This document shows, piece by piece, positions 45,043-53,786 of a DNA stretch of 64,000 nucleotides (positions within the stretch are counted from its first letter, which is position 1; each line of letters starts with the position of its first letter). Position numbers and translations under genes: made by a program. This DNA comes from a virus (lineage: Duplodnaviria > Caudoviricetes): the IMG/VR virus record IMGVR_UViG_3300046103_002699, positions 3,807 to 67,806 of that record. One strand, given 5' to 3'. The notes beneath the pieces were generated by a model. It was given only the letters and a program-made list of their open reading frames with translations, ran no database searches and was not told the origin of the DNA.

Positions 45043-45392
45043 GAAAAATGAGCGAGGCAGACATCCGCCTCATAATGGAAAGCGGGGATGTCACCGAGGC
45101 GATTGAAGTGTTAAGAGAGGGTATGAAGGCGAGTCAGTCGATCCGTGCCACGGGCGACAACGGACAGCGAATATATAAACAAGTACCCGACCACGGGACA
45201 CGCATCACGTGCGCACGGCTATTATTAGAGTGGGGATTTGGAAAGCCCGCTCAGACTACAAAGTTGGAAATCGAAAACAAGGACACTGTGATAGAGACAC
45301 CCGCCCAAATCATCGCGAAGATGAAATTAGCGAATGTCGATATCGAAGACGTCGCGAGAACCTATTTGGAAGTAGATGATGAACGAGTTTGA
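45039..45392 (+). CDS. Possible terminase small subunit
   Basis: RITCARLLLEWGFGKPAQT resembles a TerS C-terminal pattern; weak evidence. Confidence 0.35.
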   Translation: MRKMSEADIRLIMESGDVTEAIEVLREGMKASQSIRATGDNGQRIYKQVPDHGTRITCARLLLEWGFGKPAQTTKLEIENKDTVIETPAQIIAKMKLANVDIEDVARTYLEVDDERV

Positions 45393-45603
45393 TCAGAGTC
45401 AAGGTCAACCGATTATTAGAGTCGGCATCGACACATACGCAGTCCCGTCAAAGGCAGACTGCGCCGAAATCAGCAGAGCATGTGATGCTTTTTGGTTAAA
45501 ACGAGGAATCGCCCCCGCGTCGGGTTTTGAGTTTTTAGATTTCACAAATCCAAAGAAAAATAATAGCACGGAGTCACAACCTTCAGAAAGCACTGAAAGT
45601 TAG
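45376..45603 (+). CDS. Hypothetical protein
   Basis: Overlaps the previous stop; in operon orientation. Confidence 0.5.
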   Translation: MMNEFDQSQGQPIIRVGIDTYAVPSKADCAEISRACDAFWLKRGIAPASGFEFLDFTNPKKNNSTESQPSESTES

Positions 45604-45646
45604 GGATTTACAAAATTAATTTAAAAGATATATATTTTCATAAAAC

Positions 45647-45675
45647 TTGACTTGTACTACATGTGGTGGTACTCT
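45647..45675 (+). promoter_or_regulatory. Sigma70-type promoter containing the TGTACTACA operator
   Basis: TTGACT-N17-TACTCT with TGG extension. Confidence 0.7.
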
Positions 45676-45682
45676 GCTATAC

Positions 45683-45781
45683 ATGAGACCGAGAAGTGCA
45701 GTCACAGTTAAACCCACTATTCCCCACAAAAGGAAAAATAAAACTTTACCCCGCAAGCGTAAGCACAAAGTAATTACATGA
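45683..45781 (+). CDS. 32-aa basic leaderless peptide (not in track)
   Basis: ATG 7 nt after the -10; MRPRSAVTVKPTIPHKRKNKTLPRKRKHKVIT; ATGA overlap with the next gene. Confidence 0.5.
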   Translation: MRPRSAVTVKPTIPHKRKNKTLPRKRKHKVIT

Positions 45782-46254
45782 AAATGATGGGATCATATAA
45801 AGTGAAGGATAGGGCGACGTCACAAGTGGAAGTTGCTTTAGAAGAAGAAACAATCGCCAAGCTTTTTGAGCATGAGGTGATTCATATTTTACGCGACCAC
45901 ACGGTGAACAGGGTCATACTACCTTTTCGCAGTCTCAATAGGCTTCTACAAAATAATGTCCACACATGGGAATACATTTTAGCGGTCTTAAAGGACGCAC
46001 CAAATTGTTGGAAGAACGATTGGCGAAAAACACGCCACAAACATCCGCATCTGTCATTTAAAACGAAATTAGGCACTAAGCATGAAGTGCTAGAGGCGCT
46101 GACTGAAGCACGTAGATGCTTTGAGCGTTGGGAAACCAAGCGAGTGATTAAGATGCGTAAAGTTACGAATTTAATGTCGGGTAAGATTGTAGAAGAGCCC
46201 GAAGACACACCCCGCCACTGCTCCGTTGGGAGCGAAACATATTGGAGTTCATAA
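45778..46254 (+). CDS. Hypothetical protein
   Basis: 158-aa ORF in operon orientation. Confidence 0.65.
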   Translation: MKMMGSYKVKDRATSQVEVALEEETIAKLFEHEVIHILRDHTVNRVILPFRSLNRLLQNNVHTWEYILAVLKDAPNCWKNDWRKTRHKHPHLSFKTKLGTKHEVLEALTEARRCFERWETKRVIKMRKVTNLMSGKIVEEPEDTPRHCSVGSETYWSS

Positions 46255-46258
46255 TATT

Positions 46259-46459
46259 ATGGAAGAAGAAGAAAAGAAAAAGTGTACCACTCGAACAGTA
46301 ACGATTAGTCGCGAAGATTTCGTCGATGACTTGAGCTTCAACGCTCTCTTACGGCAGTGCCGAGGAGGCGAGGGCGATTGCGATGAAAAACACTGCGATG
46401 CCTTTAACATAGAGGTGCTCCAAGATTGCTGTAACCCCAAAATAAACATACAAGGGTGA
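46259..46459 (+). CDS. Cys-containing hypothetical protein
   Basis: Likely start ATG 46259 within track ORF 46226..46459; GTGA overlap with the next gene. Confidence 0.5.
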   Translation: MEEEEKKKCTTRTVTISREDFVDDLSFNALLRQCRGGEGDCDEKHCDAFNIEVLQDCCNPKINIQG

Positions 46460-46785
46460 GCGACAAAATTAAAAAGGCTTTTGTCGTAAAGCAAAAAGAC
46501 GACTTTGTACTACCCGAAAAGCATTGGGATCAAGTTCCCGAAGGCGTAGTGCGTGCGCTACAGATCAACTCAAAGGAAATTGTTAAATTCGTAGGTCACG
46601 CTCACTTCGGAGGTAGGATGCGTTCAGTTTTTGAGCGAGTGGATGGAAACCCAATATCCAAAGATTCTTTAGAGTTTCTACGGGAGCAGTTATCTCCGTT
46701 GGGCACTGTTAACCATCCATCTGAAAAGGAGTACGACATCGCGAGCCGTTGCAAAGCTGCGCCCAACCCCAAAGAAATTTCCTAA
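46456..46785 (+). CDS. Hypothetical protein
   Basis: 109-aa coupled ORF. Confidence 0.6.
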   Translation: MSDKIKKAFVVKQKDDFVLPEKHWDQVPEGVVRALQINSKEIVKFVGHAHFGGRMRSVFERVDGNPISKDSLEFLREQLSPLGTVNHPSEKEYDIASRCKAAPNPKEIS

Positions 46786-47017
46786 ATGAGGAGTACTCAT
46801 TATAAAGGACTACGTAGAAAAAAGTGTGGAGGACTACTATTGTATAAGTCCGCAAGCTATACCGAAGTTTTTCGACTTCCAACGCTCACACACGCGACAT
46901 CAAACACATGGCATGGTGTTGGGCGAGATGCCCAAACAGGGTTTCTTACTGCCTTTATGAAACACTTTGTGATTGATGTCGCTTTTCTCTTTCTCGCAAT
47001 CACTAAAATTAATTATT

Positions 47018-47194
47018 ATGACAAATAAACAGGTAGCTCAAACATGGTTAGCAACATTAGTTGCAATCTTTTCTACAGCGTTCTTCGGAGCGGTGATGGA
47101 CATCTCGACAGAGGTAGCCAACACCTTTCTTGGTATCATATCTCTTGGTGTTCAAATTTGGGGAATAACAAGATTATGGAAAGCAAAAGACTAG
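47018..47194 (+). CDS. Two-TM small membrane protein
   Basis: TWLATLVAIFSTAFFGAVM and FLGIISLGVQIWGI helices; ATG 47018. Confidence 0.55.
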   Translation: MTNKQVAQTWLATLVAIFSTAFFGAVMDISTEVANTFLGIISLGVQIWGITRLWKAKD

Positions 47195-47325
47195 AATGAA
47201 GTGGGCTGACTTAGTGGATTGGGGCTTCATCCTACTCATTTTAACGGTGGTGATGGTGTGGGGGTGGGCTGTTACCTAATGACATTTTCTACAAAGGACA
47301 GGGGAGTCCAAAAATTGGCGGATTT

Positions 47326-48636
47326 ATGATTGAACTTTATGATTACCAAAAAAACCACGCAGATAAACTAGAGAAAGCTTTGCTTTCCTATGGCGTGGTG
47401 AAGGATGCGAGCGACACAGGCACGGGCAAAACATACACAGCGTGTGCTGTTGCTGATCGATTAGCTTATACGCGAATCGTAGTTGTTTGTCCGAAAGCCG
47501 TGATTCCCGCATGGCAAAGGGTTTTAGCTCTGACCAAATACACTGACCGCGAATGTTTTGTAGTTAACTACGAGAAACTTAAAGCGGGCAACCACGCGCT
47601 ATTAATAAGAAAAGGTAAAACTTTTCGGTGGAACACACCACGGACGACTTTAATAATTTTTGACGAAGACCATAAATTAGCGGGACGGCTTACTTTAAAT
47701 GCCCGATTACTGTACCAAGCTCGCACTCAGCGGTATGACTGCATGTTGCTCGGTGCTACAAGTTTCACGTCTCCACTGCAAATGGACGCGATTGGTTTTG
47801 CACTAGGTTTGCACAAAGGGTACAGAAATTTTACAGAATGGCTGTTACACGTAGGGTGCTACAAAGACATGTGGGGTGCGTGGCAACCTCCTAAGAATCT
47901 CACAGAAGTTTTAGAAAAAGTTCACAATTATATTTATCCGAATCGAGGTGCGCGGATGTTGGTGGACGACATCCCCAATTTCCCCGAAAACAACATCATC
48001 GTTGATAGTTATGCTGTGCCGAAGCCTGCCGAAGTAGCGCAGTTATATAGTCAAATCGCGGACAAGCTTGACGAGCTGAAACAAAAAATGGCAAACGATG
48101 GCGACTCAGTTTTGACTGACATGCTGAGATTACGACAACAGATTGAAATGGCAAAGGTGCCCAGTTTGTATGATCTAGCGCGAAGCGATTTTCACGCAGG
48201 GAAGCGCGTCGCCATCTTTGTCAATTTCCGCGATACGCAAAACTTGTTACGCGATAAGATAAAACAATTCTCTCCTTTTATATCCGAAATACACGGCGAT
48301 CAAACCGCTGAAGAGAGACAAAAAGCAATCGATCTGTTTCAATCTAATGTACATCCTGTACTAATAGCTACTATAAGTTCGGGGGGTGTGGGCATCTCTC
48401 TCCACGACGAAAACGGCAATTACCCTCGGTCTAGCATAATATGCCCTAGTTTTTCTGCGGTGGATTTACGGCAAGCTTTAGGACGAATTCACCGCGCTAA
48501 CTCGAAATCAAAGTCTGTGCAACGCATTGTACTTGCATCTGATACCATAGAGGACTCAATATGCTCTCGTTTGCGTATTAAATTAAAGTCTTTAGACACC
48601 ATAAACGATACCGATCTTTCTCCCTTTAATAATTAA
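47326..48636 (+). CDS. Superfamily 2 (SNF2-like) helicase
   Basis: DTGTGKT, IFDEDH, LGATS, GGVGISL, QALGRIHR. Confidence 0.9.
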   Translation: MIELYDYQKNHADKLEKALLSYGVVKDASDTGTGKTYTACAVADRLAYTRIVVVCPKAVIPAWQRVLALTKYTDRECFVVNYEKLKAGNHALLIRKGKTFRWNTPRTTLIIFDEDHKLAGRLTLNARLLYQARTQRYDCMLLGATSFTSPLQMDAIGFALGLHKGYRNFTEWLLHVGCYKDMWGAWQPPKNLTEVLEKVHNYIYPNRGARMLVDDIPNFPENNIIVDSYAVPKPAEVAQLYSQIADKLDELKQKMANDGDSVLTDMLRLRQQIEMAKVPSLYDLARSDFHAGKRVAIFVNFRDTQNLLRDKIKQFSPFISEIHGDQTAEERQKAIDLFQSNVHPVLIATISSGGVGISLHDENGNYPRSSIICPSFSAVDLRQALGRIHRANSKSKSVQRIVLASDTIEDSICSRLRIKLKSLDTINDTDLSPFNN

Positions 48637-48672
48637 ACAACCTAAAAACAAAAAAATAAAACAAAAAAATAC

Positions 48673-49077
48673 ATGGATACAGAAACCACACAGAACATGG
48701 ACACAGTAAGCTTATCGTGCGATGCGCTAATACTCCCCCCTACTAAGGGTGTAGATGTGAACCTCACGGAGATACACGCTCCCGATTTTAAAGACGGTAG
48801 TAAAGTAATGCTGCAAGTAGATGGCATGGACGAAGTGAAGTGTATTGCGAGACGCTTGAAAGCTGTAGACGACGCTTCAGTCATGCTCGCGATCCCTCAT
48901 CAGTTATTTCCTAACTGTGACGCGCAGTTGACCGACGACTTAATTAAAAAAGGGCACACCGCACACGCCTCCGTCAAGTTAATCGAATCGCCCGACCACA
49001 AAGATCAGCTCATGATTGATTTTTATTTAGAAGGTAAAACCGAACGCCCTGTTAAAGATGCCGACATTACATCATAA
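48673..49077 (+). CDS. Hypothetical protein
   Basis: 134-aa ORF in the replication operon. Confidence 0.6.
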   Translation: MDTETTQNMDTVSLSCDALILPPTKGVDVNLTEIHAPDFKDGSKVMLQVDGMDEVKCIARRLKAVDDASVMLAIPHQLFPNCDAQLTDDLIKKGHTAHASVKLIESPDHKDQLMIDFYLEGKTERPVKDADITS

Positions 49078-50140
49078 ATACGGGCCTTCGGGGTTGGCTT
49101 CATTTGAACGTTGTCCGCGATTCGAGAAGCGTGAAGAGGGAAAGGGTGGAGCACACCCCGTGGCTATAGAAGGCACAATGCTTCATGCGAAGGTTGAGCT
49201 TCGGGACGTAACTAATTTAAATAAAGATCAGACTACAATGGTAGAGAATTCCCTAGCCTATATGGATCAGCTCACGGCAAATGCGGATTCAATCGAACAA
49301 GAAATCATGTTGGAAATCTGCAAAAAAGAAGACGACAGCTATGTCAGCTTCGGCACCACTGACCTTGTAGCGCATTGGTTAGACGAAAAGAAAGCGGTGA
49401 TGATTGATTGGAAGTTCGGTTGGAACGCGGTCACACACCCCGAAAAAAATCTACAAGTCGTTTGCTATGTCGTAGGCTTCTTTGAAAAATACGACTACTG
49501 CGACGAAATCGACGCACATGTTTACATGGCTCGCTACGGCAAAGGAGAAAATCATGTTTTTAAGCGTTCTCAGTTGGAGGATTTAAAGCTTCGCATACTC
49601 ACAGTTGTCGAGCGAGTGGAAGCTCTCGCACCGCACTCACCTAGCACGGAAGCTTGTTTGTACTGCGGTGCAAAAGGAACTTGTCCCGCCCTCGCGGGAC
49701 ACGCACTAGCTTTAATAGAGAACAAACCTTTCGACATCACGAAAATGACTACTGAAATCACTGATCCACGGCAAATGGAAAAAGTTTTACATGCTGTAGA
49801 ATTATTAGCGCCTTGGTGCGATGAAGTGAAAGCCAAAGCTAAAGAAATGGTTTTGTCGGGAACACCCGTGGTAGGTTACGACATCCGCGAACGCGCTAGT
49901 AGCCCCGCCCTTGGCGACCCGTCGTTAATTTACGAAGCGGTCAAAGATAAAGTTACCATCGACGAGTTTTCTCAAGCCTGTGATGTGAAGCTTACAAAAC
50001 TAAAAAAATTAGTCGCAGACAAAGCTCCAACAGGTACAAAAAAACTCGCCCAAGAGCTACTAGTAGGGAAGCTCAAATCCGAAGGGCTACTAACTGAAGG
50101 AAATAAATCATTAGTACTTTACAAGCGAAAAAAAATTTGA
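49058..50140 (+). CDS. PD-(D/E)XK exonuclease, DUF2800/Cas4-like
   Basis: GTMLH, FGTTD..IDWKFG..QVVCY, CLYC..KGTCP. Confidence 0.85.
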   Translation: MPTLHHKYGPSGLASFERCPRFEKREEGKGGAHPVAIEGTMLHAKVELRDVTNLNKDQTTMVENSLAYMDQLTANADSIEQEIMLEICKKEDDSYVSFGTTDLVAHWLDEKKAVMIDWKFGWNAVTHPEKNLQVVCYVVGFFEKYDYCDEIDAHVYMARYGKGENHVFKRSQLEDLKLRILTVVERVEALAPHSPSTEACLYCGAKGTCPALAGHALALIENKPFDITKMTTEITDPRQMEKVLHAVELLAPWCDEVKAKAKEMVLSGTPVVGYDIRERASSPALGDPSLIYEAVKDKVTIDEFSQACDVKLTKLKKLVADKAPTGTKKLAQELLVGKLKSEGLLTEGNKSLVLYKRKKI

Positions 50141-50199
50141 TTCTATTGTACTGCATTCAACATACAAAAGATACCCACTAACACGAAACACGAAAAAAT

Positions 50200-51021
50200 A
50201 TGAGCAAAGAAAACACAGTTAAAACTGAAGACAAAAACGCAGGGCTGACCGTATCCACGGCAGACATTCAAGACGCGAGTCTGCCCACCACTGAGGTAGA
50301 TTCTTATTCGGGTGATTCAGAAATCGCTATGCCTATAGAAAGAGGCAAAAGCGCTCCGATTACCCGTGATGACATCATCCTTCCGACCCTCCGCCTAGCG
50401 CACAACGTAGGTTCACTAGGAGAAGACTTCCAAAAAGGGTCTTATGTGGTCGATGGTCAAACGCAAGTAACGCAGTTTTTTCCTAAAGACAATCGTTCAA
50501 CGCAGATTGAGTTAACAGTTTTGGAGATTACTAAAAGCTTTGTGGAAAATGTACCGTATCCACAAGTCGGCAAGCGTCTTTATGACGACAAAGTTGTAGC
50601 TAGTGAGGGTAAAACTATAGAGTATTGGACTGACGATGCGGGCAACAGACAGCCTCCGCACTATTTTCCAACACTCGACCTCCGTATTTTGGTTAAGCGC
50701 CCTACCGCAGAGCTCGAAACTTTAGACGAAAACGGCGATAAACAGAAAGGCGAGGTTCCGACACTTAGCTTTCCTTTTTCATACGCGGGTGAAGACTACG
50801 CCATGCTTGCGTGGACACTTCAACGTTCGGGTTATTCTAGGGCGGGGAAAAGAATTCTTTCTGCTTTTGCGAATAAAGTATTTGCTTGTCCACATTGTGG
50901 CAGGTTTCTCCTCGGCTCGTCGATGAACGAGTTTAATTCCAACAAAACTTTTGTGCCCGAATTGCAGTACGGTGCCAAGCACGACGAAGAGTTCGTCGAT
51001 TGGTGCGCTACATTGGTGTAA
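50200..51021 (+). CDS. Putative single-stranded DNA-binding protein
   Basis: DIILPTLRL motif; position between exonuclease and polymerase. Confidence 0.5.
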   Translation: MSKENTVKTEDKNAGLTVSTADIQDASLPTTEVDSYSGDSEIAMPIERGKSAPITRDDIILPTLRLAHNVGSLGEDFQKGSYVVDGQTQVTQFFPKDNRSTQIELTVLEITKSFVENVPYPQVGKRLYDDKVVASEGKTIEYWTDDAGNRQPPHYFPTLDLRILVKRPTAELETLDENGDKQKGEVPTLSFPFSYAGEDYAMLAWTLQRSGYSRAGKRILSAFANKVFACPHCGRFLLGSSMNEFNSNKTFVPELQYGAKHDEEFVDWCATLV

Positions 51022-51121
51022 TTTTACCCTCGTTTAGGGGTAGGCGAGGGCAATTGGAGAGGGAGACACTTCTCGTTATACGGGAGTGTCCCCCTCGTCC
51101 TAATTTTTAAAGGAAGGGAAC

Positions 51122-51322
51122 ATGAAAAAATTAAATTTATTGTGGGAAAAGGCGGGCGCTGTTTTTCCAACAGAAAAAAGTAACGGGCGCCCACGAAAAA
51201 AATTACCACCTAGTTTTAATGCTATGGGCGAGCAGTACGGCATCGCAGAAGCGTGCAGAAGATTAGGGGTAGCAAGATCAACTTTTTACCGACACTTAAA
51301 ATGGCTCAACCAATCGCAGTAG
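51122..51322 (+). CDS. Helix-turn-helix (excisionase/AlpA-like) protein
   Basis: YGIAEACRRLGVARSTFYRHL. Confidence 0.7.
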   Translation: MKKLNLLWEKAGAVFPTEKSNGRPRKKLPPSFNAMGEQYGIAEACRRLGVARSTFYRHLKWLNQSQ

Positions 51323-53229
51323 ATTTTGAAACTTATTATGACAAAGACTGTTCAGTCAAGGGAGCAACCGCGCGTAACTACGCACGCCACCCAAAATTTG
51401 ACGCATTTCTTGTCGCAATTTACGCACCTAATGAGTTTAACTTTGTGGGCAACCCTGCCGACTTTGATTGGACTCAGCTCGATGGTAGAGACCTCCTAGC
51501 GCACAACGGGTCATTTGAACAGGCTGTAATCACGCAATTGATAGTTGATTCGATTATAACCGAGTTTAAGTACCGCGTATATTGTACCGCTGATCTCAGC
51601 GTTTACCACCAATTGCCCCGCTCACTTAAAGGGGCGGTGTACGCTCAGTTTGGCGTAGAACTTTCAAAAGATGTCCGTGATGGATTGCGGGGTAAAAATT
51701 GGGACGACATTTTAGCAGACGGCACTAAAGACGATGTGCTACAGTACGCGCTAGATGATGCCATATGGTGTTGGAAATTGTGGGAAGCGTTGTCTCCAAC
51801 ATGGAACGAAAACGAGCGAGATTTAAGTGAAGTCACTCGCAAGATGGGGTACAGAGGGGTTTGCATAGACGAAAAGAAATTAGATGAAGGCATAGACGCT
51901 TTAGAAAAAGCGGTGTACGACGCGGAAACGTCTTTACCTTGGACGAACGAATACGACTCTAAGTATAAAGCGACATACCCACCGACTTCAGTGAGAGGGT
52001 TAGCGGTGACTTGCCTTAAACACGGAATAGACCCTCCCGCAAGCACCGCAGAACATTCAGAGGAAAGAGTCTCATGGGAGTCTAAGTTTGGTAAAAAGTT
52101 CCCGTGGATTGAGCACATGTCAAATTTTAGGAAAGCTAACAAACATTTAAAGACACTGTACACTATAAAGAAGCGTCTCATCGATGGGCGTATGCCGTAT
52201 GGTTTGAAATACTACGGCGCGGAGGCAACGGGAAGATGGTCGGGCGACAGCGGTTTTAACACGCAGAACATGCCAAGAGAAGCGAGTTTTGGCGTTAATA
52301 TTCGTAATTTATTAGTACCCAAGAAAGACCACTCGTTTGTTATATGTGACCTGTCTCAAATTGAACCGAGATGCTTGGCTTATCTAAGCGGAGACGAAAA
52401 GTTTTTAGACGGGGTGCGGAAAGGCATGAGCCCTTATGAAGTACACGCACGAACTTCTATGGGTTGGCGTGGAGGCTCCTTGAAAAAAGAGGAACCCGAT
52501 CTCTATTTACTAGCCAAAGTTAGAGTACTTTCTCTCGGCTACGGAGCTTCTTTTCAGTCTTTCATGAAGAGTGCGTCTGCTTATGGAGCGAGTCACATAT
52601 TACACACTCATGTTGAGTACGACACTCGTGAAAAGTTTGTGTGGATGATAAAACAGCGCGACAAAAGGCAAAGCGATCTTAATTTATTTGCGTGGTTTAA
52701 CAATCTTTCCGCGCTAGAACAGAAGGAAGCCGTCAACGCTTGGCTGCAAGTCAAAGATTTCCGCGAGAGTAATAAATTAATTACTAATCTGTGGAGAGGC
52801 TTCGACAAAATGTTTGCCAAAGCTTCTTCCGAAAGAAGATATGGGTCTAGATTCGTGTACACACTGCCGTGTGGGAGGGAGATGCGTTACTTTAACATAG
52901 TGCCTAAAGGTTTTTCTTTTACATGTTTTACTCAGAAAAAAGACTCACCCGAATACAACCGCTTTCGTTATATGTACGGGTCACGTATTGTTGAGAATGC
53001 GTGTCAAGCAATGGCGAGATCAGTTTTCGGAGAATGTCTACTAGAGATAGACAAAAAGGGTTACGATGTAGTGCTTCAGATACACGACGAGGTGGTCGTA
53101 GAAGTACCAACAAGCGAGGCAGAGACAGCCGCAAAAGAAGTCGAGTCCATCATGTCGAAATCACCGAAGTGGGCTCCAACACTACCTGTCTCTGCGGACT
53201 CACAAATTGTAACATGTTACAAAAAATGA
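51301..53229 (+). CDS. DNA polymerase family A with 3'-5' exonuclease
   Basis: AVDFET exo I, TGRWSG, NTQNMP, motif A DLSQIE, motif B KVRVLSLGYG, motif C IHDE; start ATG 51301. Confidence 0.95.
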   Translation: MAQPIAVDFETYYDKDCSVKGATARNYARHPKFDAFLVAIYAPNEFNFVGNPADFDWTQLDGRDLLAHNGSFEQAVITQLIVDSIITEFKYRVYCTADLSVYHQLPRSLKGAVYAQFGVELSKDVRDGLRGKNWDDILADGTKDDVLQYALDDAIWCWKLWEALSPTWNENERDLSEVTRKMGYRGVCIDEKKLDEGIDALEKAVYDAETSLPWTNEYDSKYKATYPPTSVRGLAVTCLKHGIDPPASTAEHSEERVSWESKFGKKFPWIEHMSNFRKANKHLKTLYTIKKRLIDGRMPYGLKYYGAEATGRWSGDSGFNTQNMPREASFGVNIRNLLVPKKDHSFVICDLSQIEPRCLAYLSGDEKFLDGVRKGMSPYEVHARTSMGWRGGSLKKEEPDLYLLAKVRVLSLGYGASFQSFMKSASAYGASHILHTHVEYDTREKFVWMIKQRDKRQSDLNLFAWFNNLSALEQKEAVNAWLQVKDFRESNKLITNLWRGFDKMFAKASSERRYGSRFVYTLPCGREMRYFNIVPKGFSFTCFTQKKDSPEYNRFRYMYGSRIVENACQAMARSVFGECLLEIDKKGYDVVLQIHDEVVVEVPTSEAETAAKEVESIMSKSPKWAPTLPVSADSQIVTCYKK

Positions 53230-53786
53230 GCGAGGATTATGAAAACAAAATTTCGCTTGTGGGTTTCGCAGGGATGAAGCAGTCGGGTAAAACTACTAGC
53301 GCGAAAGCACTCAAGCATCACGGTTATAGAATATACAGTTTTGCCGATCCGATTCGCAAACTATGTCGCGCGTTAGGCATTACCAAAAAATATTACAATG
53401 GAGACAAGGACGAGCCTATTCCCCACTTAGGGAAGAAAACCGCTAGGTACATCATGCAGACGATTGGTACGGATTGGGGACGCGCTATGGTATCGGAAAC
53501 AATATGGCTAGACATGATGGAGCGTCGATTGGTTGATGCTCATAATAATAAATTTTTAATATGCATAGACGACGTTCGTTTCGACAACGAGGCACGTCTT
53601 ATAAAAAGTTTTAACGGAGTTGTAGTTAAGATAGTTAGAGGTGACACACAATCAGATAGCCACATAAGCGAGGCGGGCGTATCAGATGATCTCATTGATG
53701 TAAACATAGAGAACACAGACTCGGTCACGAGCTTGTCAGATACATTGGGAGAATATATTAATGAGAGAAGCCTATTGCTTAGATAA
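53226..53786 (+). CDS. Deoxynucleoside monophosphate kinase
   Basis: GMKQSGKT, FADPIR, RYIMQTIGTDWGR, DDVRFDNE, HISE; ATGA overlap with the polymerase stop. Confidence 0.9.
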   Translation: MSEDYENKISLVGFAGMKQSGKTTSAKALKHHGYRIYSFADPIRKLCRALGITKKYYNGDKDEPIPHLGKKTARYIMQTIGTDWGRAMVSETIWLDMMERRLVDAHNNKFLICIDDVRFDNEARLIKSFNGVVVKIVRGDTQSDSHISEAGVSDDLIDVNIENTDSVTSLSDTLGEYINERSLLLR

